From Syntrophales bacterium (GTDB taxonomy: Bacteria > Desulfobacterota > Syntrophia > Syntrophales > UBA2210), in assembly GCA_028718565.1 (NCBI GenBank), contig JAQULO010000002.1, positions 7,521-71,520 of the forward strand: a stretch of 64,000 nucleotides of DNA. Reading direction: 5' to 3'. The notes under the pieces were generated by a model. It did no database searches and had not been told where the DNA came from. It saw only the letters and a list, made by a program, of their open reading frames with translations. Position 1 is the first letter of the stretch. Each line of letters starts with the position of its first letter. Below are positions 55,848-64,000 of this stretch, piece by piece. The position numbers and the translations under genes were made by a program.

Positions 55848-57848
55848 CTAGAAACCGATTGAGATTCCTCCCTTAACGGTAATCCCCGGCAGGGGGTAGT
55901 ACCCGCCGTAATTGATGAACGCATGCTTCTCATCGGTCAGATTTTCAACCCCGACGAAAGCTGAAAACCTGCAATTTTCAGTAGGTTCCGGCCTATAGAA
56001 GAGAAACATATCAAACGTTGTATGGCGGTCAATCTTTTCGGCGGTATTGCTGTTGTCTCCACCCTGGTAAGACGTTCCAATGTACTTCATTTCCGGTCGC
56101 AGCTCAAGGTGGCCGGGGAGATAGATCGCCAGCCCGGCGTTGACCATTGTTTTAGGAACAAGGGGAACTGTGTTCCCGGCGTGTGTCCCGTTCCTGAATT
56201 CTGCGTTGTGATACGTAACGTTACCATACAGCTCAGCCCAGTTCTTCAGCACGTACGATATATCGAATTCCGCTCCTTCGTGTCTCGTTTTATCAAGGTT
56301 TTCATTGACCCAGAAGGCGTTTGGAACAATTTCATCCTGCATATCGATTTTGAACAGCGTCAGGCCGATCCTGAGATCCTTTGCCGGGTGGAAAGTTGCC
56401 CCCGCTTCATACGTCACGCCTTTTTCCTTCTCAAGATCTGTCAAAAAACTATCCCACGCGTATCCGTAATAGGATGCCTGCTCATCAAGAAACGGATAAC
56501 GGTAAACCGTCGCATATTTCACAAAAAACTTTGATTTTTCTCCAACCAACCAAGTAAGGGCCGATTCAAAGGCCTCTCCTTGGTGGATCTTTTGTTCGTC
56601 AAAAATCCCTGTCCCATCCGCCTGTGATTCATGCCCCTGGATCTTTGCCCGTTCATGCCGGTATCCGAGGGCCAGAATCAGATCATCAAAAACGTATAAT
56701 TCATCCCTGACATAGAAGCCAAAACTCTCGCGGCACAGCTGGGCGCTGTTTTTTTTTGACATCTTGTCCCGGTCATTGAATCCGTCCTTGTCAACATCTT
56801 CGTAATAGTAATCCAGCCCACACACGAGCTTGTTGTTGTGTCCGAACAGGTCTTTTTCGAAAATATATTTTGGCATGATTCCGTATGTATCTACGTCCAC
56901 AACGGAATATGATAAGAATGATGCATAATCGGCCGTGATATCTTTGCTGCCGTACAGGACGTTGACGCTCAGGATTCCGTGCTCACCGATAAAGGCTTCC
57001 GCCACCAGATTTGCGTTCAGGTAGTCATTTAAACCTTCATCGTCGGGATTACCCGCCTGTCTCCTGTTTTCCTCGTACTGGGTCTTCGTCAGCGAACCGG
57101 GGAGATCGAACTCTGTTTCGTTATATGACAGGCCAAGGGAGACATTCCAAAAGTCATCGGCGTCATAATTGAGATCAATGCCCGCACCACGGGATGAAAA
57201 CCGCGACCGGTCACGATAGCCGAACGTCTTCTGATTCTCCCCATTTAAGGCATAGGTCAATCTGCCCTCGGATCCTGAAATGCCGATTTGCTCATCATGC
57301 AGCCCATAGCTACCTGTTATAATTGAAGCTTCAGCCTTCGGCCTACCAGACCCAGCCTTTGTAATGATATTAATTACACCGGCAACGGCGCCGTCACCGT
57401 AGAGAACGCTTCCGCCCCCCCTGACCACCTCGATCCGTTCGATAGTACCAACAGGAATCTGAAGCCAGTTGACCGATGCCATATCAGGCCTGTTCAATCT
57501 CCTCCCGTCGAGCATGACCAGGGTTTTCCCGTATGGATTATCTCCACCGAAACCGCGCAGATCAATAGATGCCTGCGAAGGATTTCCGCTGTATGTCCTC
57601 ACATTGATGCTTCCCAGCTTTTCAAGGACTTCAACCATACTGGTCGCGCCAGCCTGCTGAATATCTTCTGCTGTTATGAGGGTGACATTAGCGGGAACAT
57701 TCCGGATATCCTCCCGATCCCTTGTCGCTGTCACCACGACCTCCTCCATTGTAACCGTATCTTTTGATCCCTGCGCCTGGGCAGCAGCAGGCGGAACGAC
57801 AAATATCCCCAAGCAAAATACAACAAAGCACCACACAAACCGCTTCAT
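55848..57848 (-). CDS. btuB: TonB-dependent outer-membrane receptor, probable corrinoid receptor
   Basis: Has the signal peptide MKRFVWCFVVFCLGIFVVPPAAAQA, a TonB box (DTVTMEEVVVTAT), a plug and a barrel, and a terminal F. It is preceded by a cobalamin riboswitch. An in-frame upstream ATG at 57950 with a good SD is an alternative start. Confidence 0.85.
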   Translation of the reverse strand: MKRFVWCFVVFCLGIFVVPPAAAQAQGSKDTVTMEEVVVTATRDREDIRNVPANVTLITAEDIQQAGATSMVEVLEKLGSINVRTYSGNPSQASIDLRGFGGDNPYGKTLVMLDGRRLNRPDMASVNWLQIPVGTIERIEVVRGGGSVLYGDGAVAGVINIITKAGSGRPKAEASIITGSYGLHDEQIGISGSEGRLTYALNGENQKTFGYRDRSRFSSRGAGIDLNYDADDFWNVSLGLSYNETEFDLPGSLTKTQYEENRRQAGNPDDEGLNDYLNANLVAEAFIGEHGILSVNVLYGSKDITADYASFLSYSVVDVDTYGIMPKYIFEKDLFGHNNKLVCGLDYYYEDVDKDGFNDRDKMSKKNSAQLCRESFGFYVRDELYVFDDLILALGYRHERAKIQGHESQADGTGIFDEQKIHQGEAFESALTWLVGEKSKFFVKYATVYRYPFLDEQASYYGYAWDSFLTDLEKEKGVTYEAGATFHPAKDLRIGLTLFKIDMQDEIVPNAFWVNENLDKTRHEGAEFDISYVLKNWAELYGNVTYHNAEFRNGTHAGNTVPLVPKTMVNAGLAIYLPGHLELRPEMKYIGTSYQGGDNSNTAEKIDRHTTFDMFLFYRPEPTENCRFSAFVGVENLTDEKHAFINYGGYYPLPGITVKGGISIGF

Positions 57849-57988
57849 CTCACGGATTTCCCCTGTGAGTCTAACCCCCTTGCCACACCGGGCGTCGTAT
57901 CCTCCGGTGTGCCCGCCCCCGTACGGGTGCCTTTCCGTACCTCTCTTCATGACAATCTCCTTTCCCCTCGGTCGGGAATTATTTTTTA

Positions 57989-58150
57989 CCTGTCAGGCAA
58001 GTCTCCTGGCTCGCGGCTATGCCTACTCCCCACGCCTTCCCGGCCCCCACCATTCAGGGGGTCAGTGGCACCATGCGGGTTTCGTTCCGCCTACAGTTGC
58101 GGGGCAGCGCCGGCTTCCGACCGGCTTTCTTGACCCGACAGGGTTGAACC
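57989..58150 (-). promoter_or_regulatory. cobalamin riboswitch (internal, upstream of the TonB-dependent receptor)
   Basis: The minus strand shows CUGCCCCGCAACUGUAGGCGGAACGAAACCC, GCCACUG, GGGAAGGCG and the B12 box GAGCCAGGAGACUUGCC. Its 5' part overlaps the last 60 nt of the ATPase ORF. Confidence 0.85.
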
Positions 58151-58927
58151 CAACAATGTTATTCTCGGCAATCCGTTCAACGGATTGGCATCAACTAGGA
58201 CATCCGTCTCATATACCTCTCTGATGTTCGATTTGGTGATAACCTCACCCGGTGCTCCCAGACTGTGGATGCGCCCCTCCTTCAGCAACATAACCCGGTC
58301 ACAATAAGCCGCCGCGAGGTTTATGTCGTGGGTCACGGCGATAACCGTCAGTCCCTTCTCTCTGTTTAGTCTCTTCATCAGACCAAAAAATTCCATCTGA
58401 TGTTTTATGTCCAGAAACGCTGTCGGTTCATCGAGGAGGACCACCTCCGGTTCCTGTGCCAAGGCCCTGGCTATAAGGACTCTCTGCCGTTCTCCGCCGC
58501 TCAGGCTGTCCATGCTGCGGTCCGCCAGCGGGAGGGTGTCCGTCATTTCCATCGCCCTGCGTGTTATCTCAAGGTCGCTCTCCCCCTCGAATCTGAGCAT
58601 CCCCAGATGAGGCGATCTCCCCATCATCACGATCTCACGGGCCCTGAAGGAAAATATCATGGGGAAATCCTGGGGCACGACCGCGACAAGCCTGGCGACA
58701 TCTCTCCTCCTCATCCCCCGTATCGCACTCCCGCTTATGCTGACCCCGCCTTTTTCAGGCACAAGAATGCCGTCGATAACCCTGATAAGCGTGGTCTTCC
58801 CCGAACCGTTGGGTCCTATGATGCCCAAAAATTCCCCCCGGCGGACCTGAAAGGAGATTTCCCTCAGTGCCCGGATGTCTTTATAGCGAAAATCGATGTT
58901 CGCCACTTTTATAATGGGCACGGTCAC
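58091..58927 (-). CDS. btuD: ABC transporter ATP-binding protein (FecE/BtuD type)
   Basis: Has Walker A (GPNGSGKTT), the signature LSGGERQR, and Walker B (LLDEPT). The start was taken as the GTG at 58927, overlapping the permease stop (ATGTGA). The 443-aa ORF in the track is an upstream over-extension. Confidence 0.88.
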   Translation of the reverse strand: MTVPIIKVANIDFRYKDIRALREISFQVRRGEFLGIIGPNGSGKTTLIRVIDGILVPEKGGVSISGSAIRGMRRRDVARLVAVVPQDFPMIFSFRAREIVMMGRSPHLGMLRFEGESDLEITRRAMEMTDTLPLADRSMDSLSGGERQRVLIARALAQEPEVVLLDEPTAFLDIKHQMEFFGLMKRLNREKGLTVIAVTHDINLAAAYCDRVMLLKEGRIHSLGAPGEVITKSNIREVYETDVLVDANPLNGLPRITLLGSTLSGQESRSEAGAAPQL

Positions 58928-59949
58928 ATCCTCCTCGTTCGCAGGAGATAAACAAAGTACGGCGCCCCACACAGCGCCGTGATCACGCCGACCGGCAGTT
59001 CCATGCCGGAGAACACCACACGGGCAACCGTGTCGGCCAGAACCATGAAGGACGCGCCAAAGAGGAAGGATGCCGGCAACAGTAGCCGGTGATCCGTTCC
59101 CAGCGCCATTCTCATCATATGGGGGATGACCAGACCGACGAAACCTATCATGCCGGCAAAAGACACGGCGACGGCGGTTATAAGCGAACCGGTAAAAAAG
59201 AGAACAATCTTTGTCCTCTTCACATCCACGCCGAGCTGCATGGCGGTCTCCTCGCCGGTAACGATCAGGTTCAGCGGCCTGGCGTAGCAGTACACGACGC
59301 CGGCCCCCGCTGCCAGAAGGATGCCCATCAGGACGATCTTTTCCCCGTCGGCAAGACTCATGTCCCCCATCAGCCAGAAGGTGATGGTGTGCAGATCGGC
59401 GCTTGAGCTGGTGGAGATACAAAACATGATGACCGCCGAAAAGAAGGCGTTGACGATGACTCCGGCGAGGAGAAGGGTATTGGAATCGACCCCCCCCCCC
59501 CTGCTCCCGATCAGAAAGACCAGCGCAACCGTGAGGACCGCGCCCAGGAAGGCGAGTGCGGGAATACCGAAAGGGACCGCTGCCGCGCCGAGCAGTATAC
59601 CGATGATTGCCCCCACGGCGGAGCCGCCTGAGACCCCCAGTATATACGGGTCAGCCAGGGGATTTCTGAGAAGCGCCTGAAACACGACTCCTGCGGTGGA
59701 GAGGGCCGCACCGACAATGCCGGCAAAGATGACCCTCGGCAGGCGGATCGAAAAGAGGATCGTCTGTTCAGAAGATTCTAGGGAAAGATGGCCTTCACGC
59801 CACCCGGATACAATAGTCCTAAACACCTTGGCGACACCGATACCGGCCGTTCCGGTCAGAATAGACACACCACCCACAACCACAAAAAGGATGGCCAGGA
59901 GCGCACTGACCCTGGCTATCCTCGACGGGGTAATAACTGACTTTTCCAT
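58924..59949 (-). CDS. btuC: FecCD-family ABC permease (BtuC type)
   Basis: Has about 9-10 TM segments and a typical FecCD C-terminus (GVITALCGAPYFVYLL). The start was set to the ATG at 59949. Confidence 0.88.
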   Translation of the reverse strand: MEKSVITPSRIARVSALLAILFVVVGGVSILTGTAGIGVAKVFRTIVSGWREGHLSLESSEQTILFSIRLPRVIFAGIVGAALSTAGVVFQALLRNPLADPYILGVSGGSAVGAIIGILLGAAAVPFGIPALAFLGAVLTVALVFLIGSRGGGVDSNTLLLAGVIVNAFFSAVIMFCISTSSSADLHTITFWLMGDMSLADGEKIVLMGILLAAGAGVVYCYARPLNLIVTGEETAMQLGVDVKRTKIVLFFTGSLITAVAVSFAGMIGFVGLVIPHMMRMALGTDHRLLLPASFLFGASFMVLADTVARVVFSGMELPVGVITALCGAPYFVYLLRTRRM

Positions 59950-60060
59950 GATAAATCCTTGCAACAAAGCGAGGACACGGCACTATCGCGACAGGTCGGA
60001 ACAGTAAAGCTCTTTGACCAGTTTTCAGGATGGTAACAAGGGGAACCCACTTCGCGACAC

Positions 60061-60226
60061 GCCTCCCTCGAGGATCTGCGGGCGGACCGGTCTTCCGGCT
60101 TAGGGCACAGCCTACTCACCCGCCTTCCCATCCCGACTGTATCGGAACAGTGGCTGTTTCGGGTTTTCGTTCCCTTCACGGCTGCGGGGCAGCGGGGGGT
60201 TTTCACCCCTCTTCCTCACATCCACC
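60061..60226 (-). promoter_or_regulatory. cobalamin riboswitch (upstream of btuC-btuD)
   Basis: The minus strand shows GGUGAAAACCCC, GCCCCGCAGCCGUGAAGGGAACGAAAACCC, GCCACUG (60148..60154), GGGAAGGCGG and the B12 box AAGCCGGAAGACCGGUCC. Confidence 0.88.
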
Positions 60227-60244
60227 CGTGTATTGACGGATGCT

Positions 60245-60406
60245 CTATACTCCTTTGATCAGGCCTCTGTCAAGAGGCGTTCCCTCCCAGGCAGCCCTCA
60301 GTATCATGAGAAAATCTTCATAGTCACATTCTTCCGGATTGTAAAATATCGATCCGTCGTCAAACGCCGCCTCGGCGATGTACTCCAGTGCCTCTCTCGG
60401 TATCAT
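60245..60406 (-). CDS. small acidic ORF (53 aa), possibly the 3' piece of a frameshifted gene
   Basis: Own translation gives MIPREALEYIAEAAFDDGSIFYNPEECDYEDFLMILRAAWEGTPLDRGLIKGV, with GGGGGAGG just upstream of the ATG. Upstream ORF 60360..60617 is in another frame. It falls below the ORF-track length cut-off. Confidence 0.3.
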   Translation of the reverse strand: MIPREALEYIAEAAFDDGSIFYNPEECDYEDFLMILRAAWEGTPLDRGLIKGV

Positions 60407-60649
60407 GTCCTCCCCCTTCTCGAAGAAACGGGCATGCCGTCCGGCGACGGTGTCGGTCCGGGCTCACCCTGCGGATGAGGACAGCCACGTGTTCCGCCAG
60501 CAGGTGGTCCAGTGTCACAGCGTAACCTTCACCCTCGGCATACAAGCCGTGTCGCAACCCTGGGATGCGAATTATTTGTAGAACTTTTTTATAATTTATA
60601 CTATGGTGGCAGGTCATTTACACAAAACCTTTTAGAGAACGAGGCAGCC

Positions 60650-61954
60650 ATGAGATTTGATATTGCAAAGAGCGGGACGGGCAAAGCGTATGAGATACGC
60701 GGCATTGTCAATATAGCAGAGAAACTGAGGGAATACGGTGTCGAAGTTACCTGGGAAAACATCGGGGATCCGGTGGTCAAGGGGGAGAAGATCCCCGAAT
60801 GGATGAAAGAGAGCCTGACAGAGCTTATTAACGATGACGTCTCGTACGCCTATTCGCCTACCCAGGGGGTAGCTGAAACCAGGGAGTTCCTCGCGGAAGA
60901 GGTAAGCAAGCGGGGTAAATACCAACTTAACAAAAACGATATCATCTTTTTTAACGGCCTCGGCGATGCGATCGCGAGGGCGTACAGCTCAATACGAATC
61001 GATGCCCGCATCATCATGCCGGAACCGACCTACGCCACCCATCTTCTCGCGGAGATCCACCATGCCTCCTTTCCGCCGAATACCTACCGGATGAACCCCT
61101 ACCACAACTGGCATCCGGATATCGCGGAACTTGAGCGCAAGGTTAAGAGCCACGACAGTATCGTCGGCGTCCTTGTCATCAATCCCGATAACCCGACCGG
61201 GTTCGTCTATCCCGAAGAGACCCTCAAGAGAATCGTGGAAATCGCCCGCAAGTACGACCTCTTCCTCATCTTCGATGAAACGTATCGAAATATCCTGTAC
61301 AATGGCTACAAGACCCTTCCTCTCTCGGATATCATCGGGGACGTGCCCGGTATAAGCATGAAGGGGATATCAAAGGAATTTCCCTGGCCCGGATCCCGGT
61401 GCGGATGGATAGAGGTGTACAACGCAGACAAGGACGAAATATTCGCGAGGTACATAGGAGCGATATTGACGCAGAAGATGTCCGAGGTGTGCTCCACGAC
61501 ACTCCCGCAGATGTCAATACCTCGGATAATGAGTCATCCCGAATATCAGAACTACCTGGACACCAGGATCAAGCATTACGAAAGGCTTTCCAATATAGCA
61601 TACAATATCCTCAAGGATGTAGCATATATAGTGGTGAACAGGACAAATGGGGCCTTCTATATGACGGTCGTGTTCAACGAGGCGGTGCTCAACGACAAGC
61701 AAAAGTTGCGCATAGAAAACGCATCTATAAAGGCCTATGTGGAACAGATAACAAGCACCAATATAGAGAACGACAAGCGGTTTGTGTACTATCTCCTCGG
61801 AGCCACTGGGATCTGCGTGGTCCCGCTGACATCATTTTTCACCTCCCTTCCGGGATTCAGGTTTGCGTTGCTGGAGAAGGACGAGGCCCAATTCGAGGAA
61901 ACGATACATACGGTGGAGAAAAAGAATGTGGAGTACGTCGAATCTTCAAAGTAG
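60650..61954 (+). CDS. class I/II PLP-dependent aminotransferase (alanine aminotransferase-like)
   Basis: The N-terminal YEIRGIV...NIGDP pattern resembles AlaA-type enzymes, and the PLP Lys region is ISKEFPWPGSRCGW. The start was set to the ATG at 60650. Confidence 0.8.
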   Translation: MRFDIAKSGTGKAYEIRGIVNIAEKLREYGVEVTWENIGDPVVKGEKIPEWMKESLTELINDDVSYAYSPTQGVAETREFLAEEVSKRGKYQLNKNDIIFFNGLGDAIARAYSSIRIDARIIMPEPTYATHLLAEIHHASFPPNTYRMNPYHNWHPDIAELERKVKSHDSIVGVLVINPDNPTGFVYPEETLKRIVEIARKYDLFLIFDETYRNILYNGYKTLPLSDIIGDVPGISMKGISKEFPWPGSRCGWIEVYNADKDEIFARYIGAILTQKMSEVCSTTLPQMSIPRIMSHPEYQNYLDTRIKHYERLSNIAYNILKDVAYIVVNRTNGAFYMTVVFNEAVLNDKQKLRIENASIKAYVEQITSTNIENDKRFVYYLLGATGICVVPLTSFFTSLPGFRFALLEKDEAQFEETIHTVEKKNVEYVESSK

Positions 61955-62082
61955 GAGCATCCTCTATCTTTTTTAGACTTTGACCGGGAGCGCCCCTCCC
62001 TGCCCGCGCCGCGGGCAGGGAATTCAACTTTCAGCAAATATCCGTTACCTATCAGACACATATGATCAATGGAGGTTGCACC

Positions 62083-62889
62083 ATGATAGACTTATCGCGT
62101 TTTTCTCTTGAAGGAAAGGTGGCGGTCGTCACCGGCGGAAGCAGAGGGATCGGGCGGGCGATTGCGCTCGGCCTGGCAGAGGCGGGGGCCGACATTGTCG
62201 TAACCAGCAGGAAGCTGCCGGACCTCGAGGGGGTCGCCGCGGAGATACGGAAACTGGGCAGGAAAGCCACGCCCATCGCGGCCCACATAGGGAAGGTGGG
62301 CAGCATCAAGACGCTGGTGGATTCCGTGATAAAGGAATTCGGTAGAATCGACATTCTGGTCAATAACGCGGGCTGTTCACCGGCAATGGGGATGATCCTG
62401 GAAAACGACGAACGGCTCTGGGACACCATAATGAACCTCAACCTGAAGGGACTCTACTTCATAAGTCAGATCGTGGCTCGCATCATGAAGGAGCAGGGGG
62501 GTGGATCCATCGTCAATATGGCCTCAATGGATGGATATAAGCCGGAACCCTACGTGGGAATCTATTCGATCTCAAAGGCCGCCGTCATCATGGCGACCAA
62601 GTCGATGGCCCTTGAGCTGGCACCGTTCAATATCAGGGTGAATGCCATTGCGCCGGGTCCGGTTACCACGAAGATGCTAGACTCACACTGGTTCCACCTC
62701 CCCGAGGAACAGGCAAAGGCGGAAAAGGCCGAAATGGCGAAACATGTTCCACTCGGCAGGATCGGCGAACCCGACGAGATGGTGGGGGCGATCATTTATC
62801 TGGCATCAGACGCCTCAAGCTACACAACGGGTGAGACGATACTCATAGACGGCGGCTGTACCATCGCCGCACCGGAGTTTGCCAAATAA
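62083..62889 (+). CDS. SDR family oxidoreductase
   Basis: Contains TGGSRGIGRA, NNAG and YSISKAA motifs. The start was set to the ATG at 62083, 7 nt after GGAGG. Confidence 0.88.
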   Translation: MIDLSRFSLEGKVAVVTGGSRGIGRAIALGLAEAGADIVVTSRKLPDLEGVAAEIRKLGRKATPIAAHIGKVGSIKTLVDSVIKEFGRIDILVNNAGCSPAMGMILENDERLWDTIMNLNLKGLYFISQIVARIMKEQGGGSIVNMASMDGYKPEPYVGIYSISKAAVIMATKSMALELAPFNIRVNAIAPGPVTTKMLDSHWFHLPEEQAKAEKAEMAKHVPLGRIGEPDEMVGAIIYLASDASSYTTGETILIDGGCTIAAPEFAK

Positions 62890-62900
62890 TTTCAGGACAG

Positions 62901-62933
62901 CTCCGGGGTCAGACAGAGAACCCGACCCCGGAG
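62901..62933 (+). terminator. 10-bp hairpin after the SDR gene (weak U-tract)
   Basis: CTCCGGGGTC-13 nt-GACCCCGGAG, followed by CAAAGATTT. Confidence 0.35.
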
Positions 62934-63061
62934 CAAAGATTTAATCGTACCTCAATGACATTAGAGACAGACGGCCTCTGGAGCGGTGCATTTTTACCAT
63001 ACCGCTGGAGCTTCCATTCTGTAAACAACCACGCCCTTCGTCTGCAGACTTGAAGGACGTG

Positions 63062-63170
63062 TTATCCCCTTCCCGTACCTCGGATTACTACCAGTTTATT
63101 CCTCTTATTCCTCTCTTTTTTCGCCGTGTAAAGCACTTCATCAGCCTGACTGTAAAACCAGTTGCTAATA
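63062..63170 (-). pseudogene. possible C-terminal remnant of a GGDEF-domain (diguanylate cyclase) gene
   Basis: The tail of ORF 63062..63289 reads SQADEVLYTAKKERNKRNKLVV, resembling the GGDEF C-terminal ADxALYxAKxxGRNRV box. Nothing GGDEF-like lies upstream. Confidence 0.3.
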
Positions 63171-63424
63171 GGAAAAATACGTGCCGGAAATACAGAACCC
63201 CTCCTCTGTGTTAAAAACGGGGTTCGGTTACAAAACATTTCCGCCGTAAGCAGTTGTTGTGAGGAGATGTTGCAACACGATTGCGGCAAATCGTAAGGGA
63301 TATTTACGCCGAATAGTTACAAATTTTTTTATACCGCGCTTGACAGGATTTTGGAAATATGCTCGGATGCTTGGGGGAATTGCTGACTAAATTTCCAAAA
63401 AAATACAAGGAGGGATATCTCGCT

Positions 63425-63961
63425 ATGACAATCGAATATCTTGATCCGAGGTCCGAACCCGGCCTTCCGGCTGACCCATATGATCTGAAGATCGACGTGA
63501 CAAGACCCGGCCTGACGATTGGACTGTTGGCCAATGGATTCCCCGATTCAGTAATTTTCCTCAATGAGGTGGGCGTTGCGTTAAAGAAGCGTCTGCCGGG
63601 AATTCGTTTGCAGACATTTGATAAGGGAAATCCTACCGCCGTTGCCGATGATTCCATGCTTGATGCCATGACCGCCGGCTGTCAGGCTGTTGTTGCGGCC
63701 TACGGACATTGAGGCAGTTGCACTTCCGGCACCGTGCGTGACGGCATTAATCTGGCCAGGCGGGGGATCCCCACTGTTTGTTTACTTACCGATAAGTTCA
63801 GCGACCAGGCTGATTTTGTTTCCCGGGCTGCAGGAATGCCCGATATGCCGAGAGTGATTCTTCCCCATCCTGTAGCAGGGTCAGGATTTGAGAGGATACG
63901 CCAGGTCGCCGGTGACATAATTGAGCAGGTCGTGACATCGCTAAAAGGGGGTGGCAAATGA
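63425..63961 (+). CDS. UGSC-motif selenoprotein (in-frame UGA at 63710..63712 read as selenocysteine)
   Basis: ORFs 63359..63712 and 63734..63961 share one frame with no other stop between them. The joined product reads ...AVVAAYGH-U-GSCTSGTVRDGINLARRGIPTV..., with a UxxC redox-type motif. The start was set to the ATG at 63425, after AAGGAGG. Confidence 0.7.
63713..63745 (+). promoter_or_regulatory. candidate bacterial SECIS stem-loop
   Basis: 13 nt after the UGA lies CCGGCAC (63726..63732), loop CGUGC, then GUGACGG (63738..63744), with one internal mismatch. The GU-containing apical loop sits about 21-25 nt from the UGA, as in known bacterial SECIS elements. Confidence 0.45.
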
Positions 63962-64000
63962 CATTATCAAAAAGACTGCGTTCCGTTGATGCAGATCAAG
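63958..64000 (+). CDS. 5' end of an unidentified ORF (runs off the window)
   Basis: The ATG overlaps the selenoprotein stop (ATGA). It translates as MTLSKRLRSVDADQ..., too short to classify. Confidence 0.3.
   Translation, partial: MTLSKRLRSVDADQ

Noticed and set aside
58928-59422. The N-terminal 165 residues of the 443-aa ORF 58091..59422.
   Set aside because: They overlap the FecCD permease gene in another frame and are Arg/Gly-rich nonsense. The ABC ATPase begins at the GTG overlapping the permease stop (VTVPIIKVANIDF…).

Overview
This 64-kb window is a chromosomal segment from a moderately GC-rich anaerobe. Gene content suggests a Desulfobacterota/deltaproteobacterium-like organism (inference from class III RNR, a selenoprotein, sigma-54 regulation and radical SAM genes). 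No rRNA, tRNA, CRISPR array or intact mobile element was found.

Gene order:
- pyrB'-pyrR
- a long minus-strand housekeeping run: lepB, DUF456, secF, secD, yajC, tgt, queA, DUF2065, mazG, a CMD-family gene, an HDAC-like gene and a hydantoinase-like gene
- a large TPR lipoprotein
- a membrane protein / peptidase / radical SAM group
- a biotin locus: birA-bioA-[six FAS-like genes]-bioF-bioD, divergent from bioB, with a BirA-type operator between them
- DUF169
- nrdD
- an ilvBNCD operon preceded by an Ile-rich leader peptide and a terminator (attenuator)
- an SLC12-like transporter
- pyrE, then TPR-tonB-exbD-exbB
- a decaying B12 locus: btuF-like gene with an in-frame TAG, cobC, and a cobS 3' remnant next to an AT-rich scar containing a YafQ/RelE toxin remnant
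- an NtrC-type two-component system with L,D-transpeptidase genes
- a corrinoid-uptake operon with two cobalamin riboswitches (btuC-btuD-riboswitch-TonB receptor-cobO)
- an aminotransferase and an SDR
- a UGSC-type selenoprotein gene whose in-frame TGA splits it into two ORFs in the ORF track

Most interesting observations:
- The dedicated ACP/KAS/KR/hotdog/nitroreductase module inside the bio operon is a candidate uncharacterised pimeloyl-thioester route.
- The UGA-containing UGSC gene has a SECIS-like hairpin just downstream of the UGA.
- The btuF-like gene carries a single in-frame amber codon.
- One operon carries two B12 riboswitches, the second one internal.
- The ilv operon has a peptide-based attenuator.
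- An ORF-free 0.8-kb region next to bioD contains nested helices.

Many long ORFs in the track are antisense artefacts of GC-rich coding DNA and were rejected.
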